Assembly (NCBI RefSeq): GCF_035594765.1
Contig: NC_085841.1
Span: 227,075,326-227,139,325, forward strand
Length of the DNA stretch: 64,000 nt
Direction: 5' to 3'
Source: Anolis carolinensis
Lineage: Eukaryota
This document shows positions 38,807-51,700 of this stretch, piece by piece (position 1 is the first letter of the stretch; each line of letters starts with the position of its first letter). A model generated the notes under the pieces. The model made no database searches. It was not told the DNA's origin and worked only from the letters and a program-made list of their open reading frames with translations. The position numbers and the translations under genes are program-made.

Positions 38807-41257
38807 GATAATGAGAGTGAATGAACATATTTTTGTCTACTTTCTTCACAGTGTGCATAGTTTTATCAGTATTTTTGTCACTCTCCCATTCCTGGTTACT
38901 TTTTGTGTCTTTAAACTAACCATCAAATACTATAACTTTTCCTCAGGCCATTTTGGTAGTCCTTTTCTAACCTAAAAATATCATTTCTTGAGTTGCGTAA
39001 CCAGAATTGAAAACAATATTCCAAGTTTTGTTCTATCATAAATTTGTATACCAATATTATAATGCAAGCATTTTTTTAAAAAATTAGACCCCTTCTTTAA
39101 TTATTCCTTATACAAAATGTGTCTTTTTCATACCATCTGTCCACAAAGTCCACATTCTCAAGGAGCTTCCCATTACAACTTCAAGATCTCATTTGTTTTC
39201 AGACACCACCAGGCAATGTTTGTTTCTTTCATTATTTTGATAATAATTGGAATAAGAAAATAACATTAAATGTACGGTCAATCTAGGAGGCATTCAGTGC
39301 ATGAATATTAGGAAATCAAGGAACTTATGCTAACTTGTAAGTGTAGAGTTGTTCTGATCTGAATCTTAATTGTGAAATTCAGTTATCATTTAAAATGTCA
39401 CTAAATAAGTTTCTCAAAAACATTTATTTTATTTGGTTTTGCATTAGTGCTATTTATTTTTTAAAGTTTATTATAAAAGCAGTATGTGACTAAAGGTTAA
39501 TGCAGCCAAGACCCACAGCATATGTGTCATTTTTTTTTATTTCAGGAGGCTTGGAAAACCAGCTTCCAGCAAGGATGAAAGTATTGAACAATTAAATCCT
39601 CACATTGTGAAAAACAGAACAGAACAGAATGTCTAAACCTGACAATGATTCAGATTTGTAAAAAAACAAGCTTATGAAATTAGAATCCACTCAGAGTCAA
39701 TTTAAGAGGTCTTATTTATCTACTTAAATGTTCAAAATATTAGTACAAATAGGGATGAGCAAGGAATTTATTTTTACTTTTCATAAGAATTTACCTACAT
39801 CAACAGATTAAGGGAAAAAGCAGAAAGATCTACATGTCCTATCTAAGGAGAAATAGCATTCAACTTTCTAGAAAGCCAATGATAAGTCACTAGAACCAAT
39901 GAAGACACAGTCCCTTGTCTAGTGTTTATATAAATCATCTACTCAAAACAGCCTTGGACCCATAGCAAAGCCTAAATAAGAATGAAATTGTTCTAGAGAA
40001 TCTTTCTGACCCAGAAATCCCTAGAGCTGAGATTGCACCATAATTGATCTTTCTTAAAATTAATTTTTAAGCTGTGCAATGTTTTAATATTCAATGTTTA
40101 ACCAGTGCAATGTTTGAACACAGTAATGATTTCTTTAAATTGCCTGCACCCGATCACCCCTTTATAATACCATTCTCAATCTAACTTGATTCATGTAGCT
40201 TTTCTAGTCCACAGTTGCATAAACATATTGATGAGTCAGCATGTCCTCAATTCTGCAAGCAACAGCTTTAGGAACCAAGAAAAGTTGTAAACCTCTGTTC
40301 ACCAGCTGCAGTTTCTGAGAAATGTGTCAAAAAGACTCATGGTCTTCTTTAAAAAATATGGATCGATTTTTTTGTCTAGTTACTAAAGAAAAAGTGCCTT
40401 TACACATGAAATGGATAATTTTAACACGTAATGAGGAATCCTATTTAAAGGTTATAACATAATACACACATCTGGTATCTTTTAATGAACTACTATCTGA
40501 AATAAGAGTGGAGCTGGGATGAGGTCAGAACATGCTAACATGAATAGGTTCTTTTCCCTCACAAGCATCCTTAAGGTTGCATCTCTTCCTCCGTCTTGAA
40601 AAAATGATCTGGTCCTCAATACAACATTTTAATGAGCACAAGAAGCTGCCATGAAATAAGTTGTATTTTATTACATTTGACTGAATAGTAGGCTTGTGCA
40701 CGGATTCATTTTGGTGGTTTGCCTTTAGTTCTTTGGCTTGTTCAGCTTGTTCAGACGCTTATAACGGCAAGGGCTCCGTTGCCATGTTTTTTCAACTAAG
40801 GTGGACAACGTGGCTGCCGGTCACAGCTACCTTCTGTTCTACTCGGGATCACACAGCACGTAGAAAGGCTGTTGTGTGGTCGCACAGGGTTTCCCTGTGA
40901 GTCCTGCCTGTTGGGCCTATCAGAATAGAAGAAACACATGACGCGTCTTACGCAAGCTGTGTCTATTTAATGGGACAAGTGGGTCTATTTATCACTTGCA
41001 TTCTAGCTCTAGAGAGAGGTGTTTCAGTCTGATTGCCTTGCTGCTCACTCTCAGCTTTTGTTTTGGCTTGGCTTCTAGCATTGAATCTTTTTGATTTTCC
41101 TTGATTTTTCTTTATTTTCTTGATTCTTTATTTAGTGGGACTGGAACTTGGAAAGTATAGGTGGATGGGTGTGCGCCATTTGGGGACTTGTGGGTGGATG
41201 TGCTTTTCTTTTAGGGTGGCTCTGAGCTTTGAGTCACCCTTTAGCTTTTACTAAAGC

Positions 41258-41885
41258 TGTCAAGTCTTGGCTCTGCCTTTTCCTCTCCTCTGCTTTAGTT
41301 CCCTGTTTAGGCTTTCCCTATAGTGTAGATTCCTCCATTTGTATTAGTTTTGGGGTGGAGCTTTAAAAAACCCCTAGAGGCCAGTCTCAGTTGGTTCAGC
41401 CCATTTACCTCACAGAGCCTTCTTGCAAGACATTCCCATTTTCTTTCTGTATTAGAGCCACAGAGGTGGTGGCCTAGATCTTGTCTGGAAATTTTAGGCC
41501 CCAGCAATTCAAACAGCATTCTCAGTATGTACAGTACAAACTACATATACCACCAGTCCCAGAGACACCAGAAGCTTGTGGCCAGCCCAATTTTCACAAA
41601 GAGGAGATCAAGTCCTTTGCCTCAGAGACTTCCATAATCCCAGAAAGATGTCTGCACCCAACAAATTTCTCCTTCGTAATGTATTCTTTTAAATTATCCT
41701 TTAATAGTCCTCGGTGGAGGTAGCCCTTTATTCCTCTAGTTTCCAGTAAACTTATTTTGGTTAACTTTTATCCTGTCTAAACTGCTTCTATGTTAAAGGA
41801 CCTGACCTCAACAGAAGGTATTTAGATAGCCCCCAATCAAAGCCAGACATCATAGTTTTCTTTTAAACTCGGGCGTGCCATCATA
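41258..41885 (+). mobile_element. Solo LTR
   Basis: TG...TA ends; perfect 5-bp TSD AAAGC; full-length inverted homologue at 45420-46037; TATA-like TTTAAAA and AGTAAA. Confidence 0.8.
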
Positions 41886-42144
41886 AAAGCCTTTAGCTTC
41901 TTCTCTTATCGCTCCTCCCACCTCTCTTTCAGAAAGTACTTTTAAAAGATAGTTATTAATAATTATAAGAATTCCAGAAAACAGAAAAGCCTAATTCTCA
42001 AAAAAACTATCAACCTATCTACCTAAACAATACCTAATAATTTCTTTGCTTTGCAATCTCACCACAAGTTCTCTCTGTTGTTTATATTTCTCTCTGTGCT
42101 ATTTGACTCCTTAATTTCATTTAATGATAATGATGATGATGATA

Positions 42145-42197
<53 letters not shown>

Positions 42198-42198
<1 letters not shown>

Positions 42199-43156
42199 GT
42201 ACCCCAGAGCTGGAACCCTTCTGACTTTAGACACCACATCAGTTGAGTATTAGCAGCAAGTAGTTTATTGAAGAATATATGAAAGCCAAGCAATAAAAAT
42301 GATGCAAAAAGTATAGTCCAAAAAGGTATCTTCAAAATGTAACAATTAGTCCATGAATTTCAAGGTGCAAAGATAAAACACAAGGTACAAGGTTGTAAAA
42401 TCCAGAAGAACAAGGCAGCGTAAAATTCCAATACAGGAACAGGAACTTATCAATACTGGAACCATGGAGCTAGAAAACCACTTGAAATCTCCAAACAGGA
42501 ATGTGGCAAGACTGGAACCATGAAACTAGAAATCCATTTGGAAGCAAGACTGGCATGAAAAATCAACATTGACCACATGAGGTAAAAAAACTTTCCCTTG
42601 TCTCTGATAAAGCTTTTCCTTTCTCATGCAATGAAAAGAACACATTCTGTTTCACTTTCCCACCAGATAAAGATTTACTTTCCCCTTTTCCCCCCAGAAA
42701 GGAACTCACCTTCGATGGTGAGTTTGTTTACAAAAGTCTGGTTGCCTACCTTCCAGCTCATTAAATTCTGCACCTGACAAATCATCCTCAGAAGATTGAT
42801 TCTCAGAGAAAACCTGCTGAGGGCCTCTCTCAGGAATTTGGCCTTGTACATCCTCACTCAGTTCGCAAGAAACCTCTGGCTCGAAGTCAGGCCTGTCAAG
42901 AAAACTATAAACCCCATTATCAGGCCCAGAAACCCCAGCATCCCCATTGACATCAGATACTATTACAGTCTGAACTACAACAATAATTTGGCTGTTGATG
43001 TTTAATAATAATAATAATAATAATAATGCTGTTTCTGCCTTGCCTTTCTGAGTCAGTGAAGCCAATGACCTGCTCTGAGCAGCTAAAACTGAAAATAATA
43101 TAATATGCTTTAAAACACTGTTTTTTTCCAGACATGGCTAGATTTCCCACAATACA
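42198..43156 (-). mobile_element. Probable solo LTR (Gypsy-like)
   Basis: TGTA...TACA ends; AATAAA on the minus strand at about 42265; inserted at the end of an (ATT)n tract; TSD ambiguous (TTAT/TTTT). Confidence 0.5.
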
Positions 43157-44814
43157 TTTTGAATTTTTTTCCAGTGGATCATACAGAAGTGTTTTTTCTA
43201 ATCAGGAGACATGCTGCTTGCTTGCTTGTGGATGGTGGGATGCAGGCCGCTTCCAGTATGTTGTGAGAACAAGGAAGAAGTTGCTATTGTTTTTTTATTA
43301 GTAAAGAAAGTATAATAGTGGGTTGTGTCATGTAGAAGTGCATCTTTGACATTTGGCAGGAAGAAATGATTACCTGTTTCTGATCCTGGAAAGGTTACAC
43401 GGCAGGGCCAATGGAGGATACTTTTTTTTGGAATTTTTAAAGGAGATTTCATTTCTAGAAAGAAAGGAAATTTGTAAAAATCAGGGGAAACCCAAATGTT
43501 ATGAAACTTGGTGGGCCAACAGAGGTAGATGTGTCCTCCAAGTGTGGCCATTTTCATCCCAAAATCAGTAAAATTTATGGGAAGGGGAGCCCAGGAAGTG
43601 CCCCCCATTGCCGCCAATGGGCCAGATCTTGCTGCATTTTCTGGCTGTGGGCTGAAAATGGCAATTTGAGTACCCACCCATTTTTGGGAGGTGCGCGAAA
43701 ACGGATCCGCAGGTCTCCTGAAATTCAGATAGCAGAAATGGTTTGAGGTTCAGTCAAAATGCACAAGCCCACTGAATAGCCAGGATTCTTTACTGTGATT
43801 GAAAATTGTTCAGGAAGAAATCTTACTCATTGCCTTTTGTGTGTTCAACTGGCTATACAAGAATGATGGGTGATATTCCAATATTTCAGTGGCCTGTCTC
43901 TAAGGCCCCTTCTATACTGCCATATAAAATCCAGATTATCTATTTTGAGCTGTTTGCATCTAAGAGAGCAATTGGTAAGAGAACAATTGCCAAGATTTTG
44001 TTTCTAATGAGAATGGCAATACCACAATGTGAAGGTGTCACCAGTGACATAGCACATAGTAGAGGTAGAAGCTATAGCTGCCATTGCTGCTTATTATATT
44101 ACCTACAAATGACAAATATTATTATTTGGAGTCTAAGAGAAGATTCAAATAGATTTATTTAGGACATTCATGATATATACTTTTGAACTTTGATGACTTG
44201 GAAAACAGATTTACCTTGTCAGCTGTCTTTTTTTGGAGGTTGACAAAACTAGGCTGATAACCTGCAACTTCTCCTTAACCTGTTGTCAGATTTCAGTTGC
44301 CAGCCATAATTTGTATTAAATGTTTTTGAAAAGCAGAAAGACAGCTATGACTAAAGATATCCAATGCTACCTCGTTGTGTTTATTTGCTTGTGCTTCTAA
44401 ACAGTTACAGTAATTCAAAATGAGCAGCGCTCATTTGCATTAATTGTGACCCTTTGGTGTAAGGTGATGTTGTGGATTATTTGAAAAGCCACAGTATGTT
44501 TTGTGACATCATCATGACATGATGTAAAACATCATGTGACAGCTTATAATGCCTGGATGTCATCACACCTTGCATCAAGATCCCCAAAACAACTTTTGTC
44601 AGGATACTAATTGCCATGTGCTTCAGCCTCACTGTTCTCATCTGTTTGATCTTGGAGAAATGAAGTAGGAAGAAAAAACAATATACATTCTGCCACTTGT
44701 CATGTCTAATATTATTAGGAGAATCATTTTTTTAACAGAAGGAAGTTTGTCAAAGAAATATTTTAGAGCTATGGTGCATTGATGTTCCTTCTTTAGAAAA
44801 GAAAATCAAATCTG

Positions 44815-45000
44815 GTGCAGTAGTTATTAGGTTGAATGGCATTTGAGACATTCAGGTTCCAGTATCCACTGAGCCATGAAATTCAACTGATGAACTTGGA
44901 CCAATCACTCTCTTCCATGGAGTGTTGATGTGAGAACAAAATGAGGAAGAAGAGAGCCATGTGTTCATTGGCAAAATATAGGATATAAAGAATACATTTA
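44815..45000 (+). mobile_element. Old CORE-type SINE
   Basis: A/B-box remnants; GAACTTGGACCAATCACT CORE-like segment. Confidence 0.4.
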
Positions 45001-45419
45001 AAATCTCACACTGACCTGTAACTGATGTTATTATTTTGATTGATATCCTTTATTTGGACCATATTTTGGTACATCATATCTTTTTACCAGAATTAGCTTT
45101 CTCTACTTGCTAGGGAGGGGGTCTATTTGCTGGCCTTCACTGAGTGAAATCAGCAGTCAAATAGTCCCCATCGGGACTAATTTCAGGGTCAGGGCTGACC
45201 TAGCTGGGTGGCCTCATCCCTGAGCTCAGTTAAGTTCCAGGAATTGGATAGCAACTGGCACATTTTGACCATTCCATAAAGTTTACATAAAATACTTTTT
45301 CAATGCAATGCAATGTTGTTAATTAGAAGTCTATTCTATTTGAAATTATTATAACATTTAGTTTACATAAGTCCCACCACAAGTTATGAAGCACTGATCT
45401 GCAAAACCATATTGTCAGA

Positions 45420-46037
45420 TGTAATGCCATGCCCGGGCCTTTGGGAGAACTATGGTGTCTGGCTTTACTCGGGGGGCTATCTATACCTTCTGTTAAGATC
45501 AAGTCCCTTAACATACAGAGACACTTTAAGCAGGAGGAAAGTTAACCAAAACATGTTTACTGAAAACAGGAAAATCAAAGGGCTAACTCCACCTGGGACT
45601 ATGGAAAGATAGCTTAAAACAATACATTACAAATGGAGAATTTGTTGAATGCAATCATCTTTCTGGGATTCTGGAAGTCTCTGATGACTTGGTCTTCTAC
45701 TTTGTGGAACTTGGGCTGACCACAAGCTTCTGGTGTCACTGGGACTGATGATATATGAATTTTATACGTGCTAAAAATGCCTGTTTGAATTGCTGGAGCC
45801 TAAGATCTCCAGACAATATCCAGACCTCAGCCTCTGTGGCTCTACTGTAGAAAGAGGAGGGGGCCTAGCAAGAAAGCACTGTACAGACTTATGGACTGAA
45901 CCAACTGAGACTGGCCTCTAGGGAGGTTTTTAAGCTCCACCCAAAAACTAATACAAATGGAGGCATGTACACTATTGGGGAACCTAAACAGAGGGGACTG
46001 AAGCAAAGAAGAGGAAAAGCAGAGCCAAAGCTTCACA
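45420..46037 (-). mobile_element. Solo LTR (same family as 41258-41885)
   Basis: TG...CA ends; TSD TCAGA / CCAGA. Confidence 0.8.
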
Positions 46038-46892
46038 CCAGACAAATCTGAAGCATTTGTTTCTGCTCTCCATCCTTCTGTCTGTATAATAATCAGGTAA
46101 GAAAAAAGAAGGAATGCAGAAGTTGGAGCCCAAATCATAAAGAAACATATCCCATACATTTTAATATAGGCATCTAATGAGTTGCAAAAGGAAGAAACTT
46201 CCTGACTCCAAACAATAGGGAGTATGCTTCTTCAGTATCATCAATGGCTCATGTCATGAATTATCTAGCCATAAATGCAATTGCATTTTCTGATTATGGA
46301 AGTTTCTTTGAGATAGGGATGTAAGCAATTTTTACAAATCATTCCTATTCTCACAGAGAAAAGAAAAACAGTCACTTTGAGAGTTCTTTGCATTTTGTGA
46401 ATTTTGGTGAAAATGTTGTAAAGGTTTATTTTCACAGATAGACTTGGGTACAAAATCCTATTGCAGTTTTGTTTTTACAAAAAATGGTTCAGTACATGAA
46501 AAAAAACCTCCAAAATTCATATGGACTCTTACAGGCTTATCCAGCATGGAAAATTATAATCTAGGCTCACATTGGTGAAAAGGATTCAGGGACATCGTGT
46601 TGATTATCCCTTTCTTCTGCACTCCTCAGTATTGTGGGTCAACTGGCTCAAAGGACAGAGGGAGCTATTGGGAGCAGGAGGAACCAGCAAATAATATCAC
46701 ATCTCCAATCCCTTGGTGGGGATAATATATGAGGAGTTTACACCAGGAGAAGTTAGGACAAGAATTTCCATTTTAGAAAATGTACATGTGTTGCAGTAAA
46801 CAACTGAAAAGAAGTGTTTCTCCTACATCTTTAACACAATATGTGGAATACTTACTCTGAGATGATGCTTGCCCTCAAACAACTTATATTGA

Positions 46893-47128
46893 GGGTTGTT
46901 ATATGTTTTCTGGGCTGTATGGCCATATTCTAGAAGTATTCTCTCCTGACGTTTCGCCCACATCTATGGCAGGCATCCTCAGAGGTTGTGAGGTATGGAG
47001 AAACTAAGCAAGGAAGGTTTATATATATCTGTGGGAAGTCCAGGGTGAGGGAAGAACTTTTGTCAGTTGGAGGCCAGCATAAATGTTGCAGATAATCACC
47101 CTAATTTGCATTGAATGGCTACATATAT
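46893..47128 (-). mobile_element. Penelope-like retroelement terminal fragment
   Basis: Contains a minimal hammerhead motif typical of PLE termini; flanked by 11-bp direct repeat ACTTATATTGA (46882-46892, 47129-47139). Confidence 0.75.
46945..46985 (-). ncRNA. Minimal type I hammerhead ribozyme motif
   Basis: ccu-CUGAGGA-u-gccugc(cauagau)gugggc-GAAA-cg-UC-agg: core boxes, stem I and stem II present; palindromic minimal stem III. Confidence 0.75.
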
Positions 47129-48122
47129 ACTTATATTGAATTGAGCCCAGAATCTGCCTTAGACAGACAATGCTCCTCTGTGTAGCATTTTGGGGACAAT
47201 ATAGAGGTTGCTGCAGGGAGAGAAGCAGGGAAATCTACCTCTCTCAATCCTATATGGCTGCCTGAATTTACATTTAAATCAACTCAGTAAAATGCTGCCA
47301 AATTAAGGGTGCCTATAGTCAATCAAAAGGTTTTCTATAATATCATACAATCTATGATTTGATTAAACATTACCCCTCTATTTTTGGCCCCATTACAGAC
47401 CAGCTAAAGCTACAAGTGAGTAACTTGTTGTTCAGGAAAATGTACAAGGAGCAAATAAATGAAAGGACTGATGTCATGTGCAAAGCAGTTAAAAAATGCA
47501 TATTTTGTACTTTGTGTATAAGCTAAAGTTGAGAAAGCTCCCTGCTGAAACTTTTATGAAAAGGGTAGAGGCGAAAACACTGGGCAGCATCTCTTGTGCT
47601 GATGTATAACCGTTGTCATGGAAATCAGTTACATTTGAAGTTAGTCCAAGCTATTACTGACTTAAGAAGAGAGAGAAAAAATTAGGAGTGTTTCACTTGG
47701 ATCATATAGTTCATCATCAAGCAATGCCAACACCAAATAATGGCTTGCAATCTTTAATCATAGAACCATTTATACATTCCTTTGCTCTGTGTGCTGATGC
47801 CAAGGTAGTTCACAGAAACAAACTTCAAAATGAGATTTTTTACAATTTCAACAAACAAACAAAAGTGTAAACCAACCAAAGGGTGAAGGATTACATCACA
47901 CAAGTTAGAAAAATGAGAAGTGGAGAAGTAATAAATAATGTTTCCAAATAACAGAAAAAATCTAAAACTGCATTCAACAAACATGAATTAAACCAGCAAT
48001 TTCCAAATGCTGGTTTAGTTGGGTGATTGACTTGTGTCACAGTTACGGGTGTTTTCTCATTAATTCATTCTTCCAGCTTTTCCAACTTAATGTTAGACTC
48101 TTAGAGCATTCACCCCCTATAG

Positions 48123-48499
48123 CAGGGGTCCTCAAACATTTTAAGCAGAGGGCCGGTCCACAATCCTTCAGACTGTTGAGGGCCGAATTATCATTTTAAA
48201 AATATACGGACTAATTCCTATGCACATTGCACATATCTTATTCGTAGTGCAAAAAACAACAATAATGACAATGGAAGAACAATACAATATTTAAAAATAA
48301 AAACAGTTTTAACCAACATAAACCTATCAGGATTTCAATGGGAAGCATAGGCCTGCTTCTGGCAAATGATATAGTCAACCATTAGGATTGTTGTTGTTGT
48401 TGTGTGCCTTCAAGTCATTTCAGACTTTGGGAAAGCCTAAGTCTAAAACTGAAGGTGGGGGCAGGTAAATAACCTTGGGCCTTAGTTTGAGGACCCCTG
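48123..48499. mobile_element. hAT (Charlie/OC1-like) MITE
   Basis: TIR CAGGGGTCCTCAAAC; TSD CCCTATAG / CCCTAGAG. Confidence 0.92.
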
Positions 48500-48508
48500 C
48501 CCTAGAGT

Positions 48509-48791
48509 CAGAGCCGGTCCAACAATGAGGCGAATTAAGCGGTCGCTTGGGGCGCAAAACTTATGGGGGCGAAGTCGAGACTGCTTTTTCTGTTGATTTC
48601 TTGTAAAACATGATGTTTTGGTGCTTAATTTGTAAAATCTTAATGTAATTTGATGTTTAATAGGCTTTTCCTTAATCCCTCCTTATTATCCAACATTTTC
48701 GCTTATCCAATGCTTTTATTTTTCAGTGATTGGTTGGGGGGGGGGGAAATTCTGTTCGCCTACACTTGAAGAATACCTAGGGCTGGCTCTG
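48509..48791. mobile_element. hAT-type MITE carrying a Tigger-like MITE fragment
   Basis: CAGAGCCGG / CTGGCTCTG ends; perfect TSD CCTAGAGT; 48581-48710 matches 10280-10410. Confidence 0.88.
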
Positions 48792-51700
48792 CCTAGAGTG
48801 AGACCAAAGCATGAGCATTATCCCAAGGATTAAATAGCCAAGAGCTACACAAAGAAAGCTTTTTACAAAACATGTCTTTTACAAAAAGCCGATTAAAAAT
48901 TATGCTGGATGAAAAAACATACTTGTTCAGCATGAAGTTGTCCAACACAAGGACATGAAGCTGCATGAAAAAAATTGTTCTGGTTGACAGAACTTAAAGC
49001 AGTAGAACTTGTGCTACACTTAATAAGTAGATCATTATAGACTGAGTAGGGCAATCTCCATATTGACCTAGTAAAAATACAGAATAAAAATAACTAGAAA
49101 GTGCATGATGAGCCGATTTGCCTAAAAATGAGTTTCTTCCCCTTGCTCAGGTATCTCAATGTAGGATAGTAAATTAAGAGTCAAAGTCAAATTGCTCAGC
49201 TTGATGGAAAGCATGCTTCTTCCTCCATGTGTCAACTGGCACTATAAGAAAGAGTAATATCATATTGCTGTTATGTAATAAAATGTACATATAGTGACAT
49301 CAACATTATGAAACACAGAGATACTAGAGCTTAATCAAATGTTTAAAAACTGATAAACAATAGGTGTATTCATTTAGACTTTACAGATATAAAAGGTAAT
49401 GATAGCAAAACAAAATATTTCGAGATAATGTCAGGGGACCTAAAATGTGTTTTTCTCTTGTAATGACACACATTGGAATATTTATAGGAACAGGATTGGT
49501 AGAAGGGAGTATATACCTTGAGTGTAATGTGCCATCAATTGTAATGCTCATCTCAATTTTGAAGGGCACATTACAAGAAAAAATGTTGTTCAGTGTAATG
49601 TGCCCCAGGCAAGGGAAAGCTGTGCACCCATGAGGTCTCTTCCAACTCTACTATTCTATGATTCTATGATCCCTCAAGCCTCAGCCTCAGTCTGATGGAG
49701 GAGTGGCAACTCCCCAGCTGGCCTCATTCAAAAGGCCTTCAAAACCCGGAGGTTTGTGAATGAGGCCAAATGGGAATCCACCACGTTTTCCATCAGGCCC
49801 AGGTTTCCTTTACCTATCAACCATTACACCTTAGCTAAAAAGCAAGGGGAAGCTTCCTTGACATGACAGAGGGAAGGCAGAATCCCAACTGGCCTCATTC
49901 ATGCCATAAATGAGGCTAGTTGGGAAGCTCTACCCCCCAGCCAAGCAGAGGCTGGCAAACTCACCAGCTCCAGCTTGATGGTTGAGGTGGAGGGTGCAGC
50001 TTCCCAAATGGCCTTATTCATGTCCTGATTGAGACCAGTTGGGAAGTTGCCAGCTCTCAGTCAGCCAAATTTAGGAACACCACTTTAACATGTCATCAAT
50101 TGTAATGCATACTTATCTTTTGGCTAAGCAATTAAGGTTAAAAAGATGTGCATCACATTCAATTAAATACAGTAGGTCATCCTTGTTCATCTACCTATGT
50201 CCTTTCATACATGATGCCTTGTTCTCAGCAGTTTTTTTTAACCTGGTTTGGAAAAATCGGGGATAGCATCTCCAAAAATCCCCCAACCAACATGGTTAGT
50301 AGCCATACTGGTAGGACAGTTTTCAGATCTATGGGCCAAAATAGCTTAAATTTTCAAATTCAGAAAAAATGACTAAAGTAACAAAGATGGTTTAACAACA
50401 ATCTGACATAGCAACATCTGTTCAGCTGTAAACTAATCATAGTTCTGAGGAGTTCTGCTTGGAGCATGAACCCTATCCATTCCCACCACAGGTAAAAACT
50501 GGGAGATCACTAAGAACCTAAACCAGGCATGGATTTTATTTTTCATTTATCATGCCAATATTATGCAGTCTGTATTATACCTTTCTGCTGAAATGTATGT
50601 TTACAAGACCTTATTATTTCAGTTGTAGTTCTGTTTTACCCTCTAGTTTGGCATAGTTTGAGGTTGTTCTATTCTGTTTATCATTGTAAATTAATCTGAA
50701 CTTCATAGGCGTAAAGAAAATGTAAATGGGAAAAAATAAAAGTAGAGGCATTAAAAAAAAACACCTCGGGATTTTAAAATCTGACTTGGTATTTAGAAAA
50801 ACTGAGGAGAGAAAGCTGCAGAACATTTGGCTTTGGCAATATATTGACTTGGAGAAGGAAAGCTTTTTAATGCTGCTGCCAGCAATTCTAATGCAGAATG
50901 TACGATGGAGAGTCAAGAGCTGATGTTTTCAATCATCATCTTTTTGTGGGTTAATAAGATTGGAGGATACAACAGACCGAGTCTGTGTTACTGAGCTCTT
51001 GTAGATGTCCCAGAGCCCCAGCTTCACAAGGCAAATGAGAAAGGTTTTAATTTAAGGTTTGATTTAAAGGAGAGACACTTTTTCATTAGTGTATCAGTTA
51101 CCCACTCAGTTGGGAGCCATTGGAAGAAATTAAAGTACATTTGGCAATCTATATGCTTCATGTGGGAGTGAAATCTATCTTTCTATTTATCTACCTATCT
51201 GTCTAATCATCTAAATGCCATGGCTTCGAGTGTTAAATTTACCTTTCTCTAAACTTTGCAAAATTCATCTATAAATCCATTGGAACAGAGACAGTCATGA
51301 TTCATTGTTAACAGGGGCCACCCACACCTCCTTCCGCCCTACTATGTCCATTTATATTTCCACAATGCTAATTTCTTTGCAAACAAAATAGACCAATTTT
51401 CTTTTTCCTGACAATGGAAAATATACCTAAAGGCTGTTTATGTTGTGCTCCACTCTATTCAATGACAGACCGGATGTGCATAATAATTACATGGGGTACA
51501 AGGGAATTAATTCCTTTGTAAAGTTAAGACTTCTGTCTAGCCCGATATTGTCTACTTTGATGAACAGCAGTTTTCCAGGATCTCAAGCAGTGATATTTCA
51601 TGTAGTGCTAAACTAACATTTTCTTCAGTGAGAAAATTCTGCCTCAATATTGATGGCACTGGGGTGGTAAAATGAGATTTTCAGGATGAGGGAAAATATT

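Larger units (their letters stand above)
40689..43771. mobile_element. Non-autonomous hAT (TAGGC-end) carrying two nested solo LTRs
   Basis: TAGGCTTGTGCA / TGCACAAGCCCA; perfect TSD CTGAATAG (40681-40688, 43772-43779); 40887-40927 matches 62661-62701. Confidence 0.85.

Noticed and set aside
40796-40916. Apparent terminal exon on the minus strand (ttctattctgatag|GCCCAAC...)
   Set aside because: The same sequence recurs at 62661-62701; it is hAT element interior
41258-46037. Single provirus bounded by two LTRs
   Set aside because: The LTRs are inverted, have separate TSDs, and enclose no gag/pol
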